Assembly: GCA_000934665.2 (NCBI GenBank)
Contig: JYFJ02004390.1
Coordinates: 62,001-89,874, forward strand
DNA: 27,874 bases
Source of the DNA: Catajapyx aquilonaris
Taxonomy: Eukaryota
Direction of reading: 5' to 3'
The notes under the pieces are model-generated. The model worked only from the letters and a program-made list of their open reading frames with translations. It was not told the origin of the DNA and searched no databases. A program made the position numbers and the translations under genes. This document shows, piece by piece, positions 22,062-27,874 of this stretch (positions within the stretch are counted from its first letter, which is position 1; each line of letters starts with the position of its first letter).

Positions 22062-22631
22062 CCGCATTACCTCTCATATTGCGGCATGCCGGTGTAGTCG
22101 AGGTCGACCAGTTTTTAGAAATGCATGATCTGGTGGCTATACCGGCATGCCGGTATAAGGCGAGGTTTTCACATAAGTTACATTATCCTTTCTGAACTTG
22201 ACATTTGCCTGAAAATCGAAATTCACGTAAAGGCTATCGAAAACTGAGGCACATTTTCCAAATAGGGTACCCGTACCATATATTGTTTTCAATCGCAGTG
22301 TTTGGCAATAATCTCTATTTAAACAGCATGTTAGAGCAGGGGGTTCCCCTGTCAAAGCAGACTGACGATGGGATTGGTCACACACACTACATTTTTTTAA
22401 TGCACTGTGCAACAGAACTGACATATTCTCACAGCCTGTACACTCGCCCATTTTCATTGTAACATTACTTTAGTATGGTACCAGAAGCATTCCAAAAAAT
22501 TTGGCAAGGATCAAAATTACGGAAATCTACCTCGGTTATTGCCGCATGCCGGCCACCCCCGGGTTATACCGGAATGCTGGTCGACCTCGTTTTATACCGG
22601 CGGGCGTGCCGCAATATGAGAGGTAATACGG
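22062..22631. mobile_element. Tc2/pogo-like MITE with CCG(C/T)ATT termini
   Basis: CCGCATTACCTCTCATATTGCGGCATGCC pairs with GGCGTGCCGCAATATGAGAGGTAATACGG; subterminal GAGGTCGACCAG/CTGGTCGACCTC. TA on the left, TT on the right. Confidence 0.82.
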
Positions 22632-22999
22632 TTGAGAGAAAATGGCAAAGTTGGACTAAAGAAGCCCCATGGGGTGGGGCTACTTTAGTCCAGTATGATG
22701 AACCCCTTGGAAAAATGTCCGCGTGGTTGAATTAAACACCATTATTGGTCCAGATAATACAGAGGCAAAGACATGTGTACATCTTGGAGATGTGAGATCC
22801 CTTGGATAATTATATTTCAACACAACAGTAGGATATATTTCTCTGAATAGGCTGTATTTATAAATCATATTTCGTCTTAATAATCAAATATTTTAGTGCA
22901 ACTGCTACTGGTATGGTACTACATGGGTAATTATGGCATGGAGACACTTTTTGAACTCACTGACTGTGCCCAGAGAGTCCAGTTTATCATGGTACAGTA

Positions 23000-23053
23000 C
23001 AAGTTGCACTTGAGTCAAATGCAAAATCGTCTCTATCTTTTTGGGCGATATAG
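23000..23053. mobile_element. Half copy (right arm only) of the ~98-bp CTATATCGC hairpin MITE
   Basis: Identical to the right arms of the copies ending at 25384 and 25701. Confidence 0.88.
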
Positions 23054-23126
23054 TACAAGGAGTCTTGGGGCTTCTTTGATTCAAGAATATTATGGACCGA
23101 AGTAACACCATCACTTACAACTCTTT

Positions 23127-23131
<5 letters not shown>

Positions 23132-23177
<46 letters not shown>
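23132..23177. repeat. (CT)n microsatellite followed by NN and poly-C
   Basis: Read directly. Confidence 0.95.
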
Positions 23178-23654
23178 NNCCCCCCCCCGCACACACAATT
23201 CCTGATAAGAGTTATTTCGGTAGTAGGCCCTATATGGCTGGAACGGCAACTAAACATACTACAAATCCTTGCATGCTAAATGAATGTGATACCTACACGT
23301 GCGGCTGCACCGGTCTTAGCAGTACGGACTTCTTGAAAACACGTGCCAAAGCGTGCCAAAGTGACTTGTGGAAAGTAGTCATCTGCCGGCGGGTTTACAA
23401 ACTTCGATGTATGACACATTTACCAGTAATGTCAAAACTCCTTATAGTGATTCTGACTGTGCTTATTACTCTCCGATTCACATAAGAATGAACCTTTTTC
23501 GATATGTATACGCCCGAGGGGTCGGTGAACCACCCGAAGTAGTGCCCAACATGCCGGGCCATACCGCTCTTCACAACAAAATGTGCAGTTTGTGTAGCGC
23601 TGCAGCTACCGCATGGGCTGCCCATGATAATCAGGCATTCGAATTACATGTATA

Positions 23655-24354
23655 CAGGGGGTTTCAACTTTTTCGTCCGAACAGTTATCGGAAAATTGCA
23701 CGTAGCTGGTACTTTGTAAGCAGTGACTTGCAACCGGCGATTTGTCGGAGGAATGGGGAATGGGGAATGGGGAAAGTCACACATCCCGTGGCATGTGTGA
23801 CCCTCAATCTTTTTTCCAGCCTCGACCCTCAGTTTTTATTTATTTATTTATTTATTTATTTATTTGGGATCCCCCTTGAGACCCATTGGCCAATGCAGGG
23901 GGAGGAGATCGCCTCCATTTTTCTAGACTTTTCAATCACACCGGTGCAGGGACAGGGAAGGGACATGGAGGGAGGAACAAGGTGCAGTGCATTGTCCTGT
24001 GGTGGGGGCCGTGTGCAGTCCCTCAGGGGGCCAAGCTTTAGACACCCCCCTAGGCGCGGCGCGGAAGCCCCCCACCGAACACCGCGCCTCCTCCAGGGAA
24101 AGGAAGGAAGCGGCTGTGGCCTATATAACGGTACGGTCCCGGGATTTCCCTGGGGTGACCTTGGAAAACCACAGAAAACCAAGGCCTTGACCCTCAGTTT
24201 TCAGCGGGCAGCACGTATGCCACTTCAACCTACGATTCGCAGGGAATATTCCCCGTTCCTCCGAAAAATCACAGTTTGCAAGTCACTGCTTACAAAGTAG
24301 CAGCTACGTGCAATTTTCCGATAATTGTTCCGACAAAAAAGTTGAAACACCCTG
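23655..24354. mobile_element. Tc1/mariner-type MITE (~105-bp TIRs) carrying a nested SINE
   Basis: TA|CAGGGGGTTTCAACTTTTT...AAAAAAGTTGAAACACCCTG|TA; arms 23655-~23760 and ~24245-24354. Confidence 0.9.
23837..24183 (-). mobile_element. 5'-truncated SINE-like retroposon with (TAAA)n tail
   Basis: TSD GCCT(C/T)GACCCTCAGTTTT (23819-23836, 24184-24201; 17/18 match); (TTTA)n at the left. Body GGTTTTCC...TAGGCCACAGCCGCTTCCTTCC recalls arthropod tRNA-SINE bodies; no tRNA head. Confidence 0.82.
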
Positions 24355-24358
24355 TATA

Positions 24359-24502
24359 CTATAGGGTTCAAATACTTTTGGCCACTTTATCCTGGTCTTG
24401 AAGCAACCCTTCACATACACACACACCTCCTTAACGTGGGGTCTGTGCGAAGGGTTGCTTCAAGACCAGGATAAAGTGGCCAAAAGTATTTGAACCCGAT
24501 AG
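24359..24502. mobile_element. 144-bp TA-flanked hairpin MITE
   Basis: CTATAGGGTTCAAATACTTTTGGCCACTTTATCCTGGTCTTGAAGCAACCCTTC and its near-perfect reverse complement; TA on both sides. Confidence 0.92.
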
Positions 24503-24629
24503 TACCAGCACTGTTTCTTTCAGAAAGCCATAGATACCGGGGACTAATTTTGTGGCGCGGCGGCTCACCGACGCCTCGGGCGTATGGATATCCAAAAAGG
24601 TTCGCACTTATGTGATTCGGAGTGTACTA

Positions 24630-25285
24630 CAGGGTGTAACAAGACCCAATGCAGAAATTTTAAAGGTGGGTAGGGGACCCCAAAACAAACATTTTTGACC
24701 AATGAACCCACCCTCTAAAAAAATCATCCACCCTCTAAAAAATTATCAAATTTACTGAAATCGATAACTTGTTAGTACCTGTGGTACGGTAACAGTTATG
24801 TGGTTTGCTGCTACTATATGGTAGCGTTGTCATGGTAGTGTCGACAAGTAATTGTCTGGTACTGTACAATACAACAAGTAAAAGTCTGGAAAATAAACAA
24901 TTCAGTGTTGTTCCAATCAACTCGGGAATCTCTTGTGCGTCGTTGTAGGCTGTGTGTACAAGTGGCTGGAGGACACTTTTAGCAGCTCCTTTGATTACAG
25001 TTTTGTGCTGGGTGAAATAAAGGTGGTGGTGAGTTTCATGTCAGCTTTCATTGATTTGTGGTGGTGATGACTTTTTACAGTACTGTACTAAATTGTCAAC
25101 ACTATACCATGACAACGCTCCTGTTGAGTAGCAGCAACCACATAACTGTTACTACAGGTACTAACCAGTTAGCAATTTCAGTAAATTTGCTGATTTTTAG
25201 AGGGTGGGTTCATTGGTCAAAAATGTTTGTTTTGGGGTCCCCTACCCACCTTTAAAATTTCTGCATTGGGTCTTGTTACACCCTG
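24630..25285. mobile_element. Tc1/mariner-type MITE with ~240-bp TIRs, inserted into the end of a small hairpin MITE
   Basis: TA|CAGGGTGTAACAAGACCCAATGCAG...CTGCATTGGGTCTTGTTACACCCTG|TA; the left arm has a 20-bp local duplication (CCACCCTCTAAAA x2). Confidence 0.93.
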
Positions 25286-25384
25286 TATATCGCTCAAAAG
25301 GATAGAGACGATTGGCATTTGATTCAAGTGCAAGTTGCACTTGAGTCAAATGCAAAATCGTCTCTATCTTTTTGGGCGATATAG
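25286..25384. mobile_element. ~98-bp hairpin MITE, copy 2 (first bases displaced to 24627-24629)
   Basis: TATATCGCTCAAAAGGATAGAGACGATTGGCATTTGA...TCAAATGCAAAATCGTCTCTATCTTTTTGGGCGATATAG|TA. Confidence 0.88.
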
Positions 25385-25603
25385 TACATGTACGTATACT
25401 TAGTGTCTTTACCTGCCATCTTATGCATTTTTGAAGTAACTTACTTGGTACGTACTTGTACCAATAGCCCCACTATAGGATCAAAGGTTACTATAATAAT
25501 ATTATTGCATTCTTGGTTTTCAGTGGTGCCAACTGGCAGGTTATCAATAGTACCAGGAGGTTGTAAAAATAAAGTAAAGGTTGAGTTCTTGGAGGACTAG
25601 GTA

Positions 25604-25701
25604 CTATATCGCTCAAAAAGATAGACGATTGGCATTTGATTCAAGTGCAAGTTGCACTTGAGTCAAATGCAAAATCGTCTCTATCTTTTTGGGCGATATA
25701 G
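25604..25701. mobile_element. ~98-bp hairpin MITE, copy 3 (intact)
   Basis: TA|CTATATCGCTC...GGGCGATATAG|TA; imperfect palindrome with almost no loop (GTGCAAGTTGCAC). Confidence 0.9.
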
Positions 25702-25712
25702 TACAGTACGTA

Positions 25713-25891
25713 CAGTGCGGAAAACGAAAGGACGATCGGACGCCATCGTTTTGTTTACCGACTCCTAAAGTGCGGAAAACCAAACGACGGAAAAGTGGAA
25801 GGTTCCAGAGGTGGTTTGGCAGATTTCCGTTGACTAGGAGTCGGTATTAACAAAACGATGACGTCAGATCGTCCTTTCGTTTTCCGCACTG
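25713..25891. mobile_element. Tc1-like MITE (CAGTG termini)
   Basis: TA|CAGTGCGGAAAACGAAAGGACGATC...GATCGTCCTTTCGTTTTCCGCACTG|TA; ~55-bp TIRs; internal repeat of AGTGCGGAAAAC. Confidence 0.92.
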
Positions 25892-26301
25892 TATGTTCTT
25901 ATTCGCAAGCACGGGTGAAGTGGGTGGCACCTAGCGGCGACCGCTGGAGTTACAGTCATGGCTGCCGAAAGTGGTTCTTGAAGCAGGCCGAGTATGGGGA
26001 CGAAGCGAAAACTTGCTGCAACTTTGGCTTTGGGTCCATGTCGTGTTATGATCGTGCCAAAAAAAAAAAAAACGGCTGCACTTATTCCCGAAGTATTTAC
26101 TTGCCTGCTGGAGGCATGGGAGATCGAACCTCATGGGAAAATGTGCCAACACCTATACTTGCACATGACTGAAAGGACACTGGACATGCTGAAAATGAAC
26201 TTTGTCAAAATATTTGCAGTAAATCCTTATCTGCATACATAGTCACAACCAATATGCTCTTATCTCTAGCTGCTGCAAAATATTGAAAAGGGAAAACAAT
26301 T

Positions 26302-26547
26302 GAAGAGCACAGGGGAAAAACGGGGAATGTCACACAAAAAATGTCCATGAAAAATCGAAGAAATAGCTTTATTTCTTCACGTGTCTAAAGAATAATAGGG
26401 ATATCTTCACGTCATTATATGCAACTGTCACCCTTGTACCCATGGAAAGCCTCCAGGTATAAGTGTCACCTATGCTACTATTGTACTGTGCACTTGGCAG
26501 GAACCCCAACGGAATTGGACATTCCCCGCTTTTCCCCTGTGCTCTTC
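26302..26547. mobile_element. MITE with 30-bp TIRs and AATT flanks (Sola1-like by AWWT TSD)
   Basis: AATT|GAAGAGCACAGGGGAAAAACGGGGAATGTC...GACATTCCCCGCTTTTCCCCTGTGCTCTTC|AATT. The palindromic flank makes the TSD/TIR boundary ambiguous. Confidence 0.8.
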
Positions 26548-27707
26548 AATTGGACCTACTCCAGGAGAGATTTTTAAAAACATAAATTTTCGTGTTGCTT
26601 TTGCATGTTGGAATTAACCTATTTCAGACTCCAATGAAATTTAATACCTGTATTTGAACTTCATGTTGGTTTTATTATTTGAGAGATTTCTGGCACACCG
26701 ACTGCTGATAATGTTGACCCAGAAAATGTGTACCGGTCCTTTACAATTTTAATATAGCCAACACTATAATGAATTGACTTCACTAAATTTGGCTAAAAAT
26801 TGCTCTAGAATTTCCAAAATGCATCATTAGTTCAGGTGTTGCATTTACCCCATCTGCAGTAAATAAAACTCTAACTGACCCCCTCCCTATGGTATTGCAT
26901 TCCGCTACGGGGTAATTCCGACACTTGTTGGGAAAAAGTTTGTTTAAATTTAATCCGCTATTTTTCCCATATAAATAAATATTGAAAAGAATAGAGCATC
27001 TCCTTAGTGATGATTTTAGATTCCATATTGTGCAATATTGCACTTTAGAGACAGTGTGAAACAAGTTACATCCGATGTTGCAAATAGGCCTACCACGTAT
27101 CACCCTAGATATTTTAAAATTATAAATGATGCGCTTGATTGACCTCTTTTACGAAACATATATTAATATTCCTTATTTTAGAGATACACAATAACATTCA
27201 AAAACCACCATCGACATCGCAGAAGAGGTGGGCGGCAGTTACAGAAGACCGCCAGCTCCGATCGGAACTGATAATGTACAGTACTCCGGAGTCCGGACCA
27301 TGCATGTTTATCGTTGAGGGGTTTGGAAATGTCATAATTGAATTTCTCGACCCTGAAAACGTAGGAAATGACACTAGGACGGCCAACAGTCATCGCAACT
27401 CTACAGGTTCGCCGAAAACACCCAATTTTTACGCCCTTTTAAAATCTTTGTGAGACTGTACAAAAATTCATCGAAACTTTCATTGGCAGCTACAACCCTG
27501 AAAACACTACATACGGTGCCTGGAACGCTGGAAAAAAATAATATCGCTTTTGGCTCGAAGTACATAATACTTTCAATGAAAGTATTATGTTTCAATAAGC
27601 CACTGTACTAGGAAACCGCTCCCACTTGAACCAGTTTGCTCCGCCATCTTGGCCGACTGCAGCGCCAACTATAGGCACCTGTGCTTGCGAATTACCCAGT
27701 CCCTTAA

Positions 27708-27874
27708 CCTGTTGAGGGCCACGGAAGTCATATGACTTCCGAGGAAAGACGTGCCTCAGGGCCCACGGAAGTCATATGACCGTTTGCTACTTGTGCGCTC
27801 ATTTGTTCTAATTTTAAAAGGAGCCAATGACTTTTAAGCTGCTCTTGCCATGCCATCTCGTGGTTGGGAGTTCA
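27708..27874. mobile_element. Probable left end of a piggyBac-like element running out of the window
   Basis: TTAA|CCTGTTGAGGGCC followed by two subterminal direct repeats CCACGGAAGTCATATGAC; the first is extended into the palindrome CGGAAGTCATATGACTTCCG (27722-27741). The other end is not visible. Confidence 0.5.

Larger units (their letters stand above)
22896..26200 (+). pseudogene. Possible fragmented Cys/Gly/Tyr/Trp-rich gene remnant interrupted by MITEs
   Basis: Protein-like + strand segments between elements: CNCYWYG (22897, after TTTTAG), NPCMLNECDTYTCGC (~23265), YSDSDCAYYSP (~23443), WSYSHGCRKWF...EAKTCCNFG (~25945), GKCANTYTC (~26137). Not in one frame; family not recognised. Confidence 0.3.

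Noticed and set aside
23368..24300. 310-aa ORF as an intact gene
   Set aside because: About two thirds (from 23655) is MITE, (TTTA)n tail and antisense SINE; only the first ~95 codons may be a coding remnant.

Overview
Eukaryotic, repeat-rich genomic DNA, probably from an invertebrate such as an arthropod (inferred from the SINE and MITE types). One gene is well supported: a minus-strand zinc-finger gene whose 1032-aa CDS is a single exon (17057..20155). The protein has one N-terminal C2H2 finger, a ~590-aa very acidic domain built from a higher-order 96/192/168-bp coding minisatellite, and a basic C-terminal array of 7 fingers. That array contains a recent 255-bp duplication and two CCHC (FOG-like) fingers. 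A 5'-UTR intron and a polyA signal are also predicted. The rest is mostly transposon debris: more than a dozen non-autonomous TIR elements with TA, TAA, TTAA, AATT and 8-bp target-site duplications (TSDs), several of them nested; two SINEs with TSDs that share a central motif; a LINE 3' fragment; an LTR-like segment; a shattered hATm-like transposase; microsatellites; and many TA-xxx-TA words resembling excision footprints. Cys-rich coding-like fragments between the MITEs at 22.7-26.2 kb may be a decaying gene. No rRNA, true tRNA or CRISPR array was seen. All family assignments rest on recalled terminal, TSD and motif rules, not database searches.
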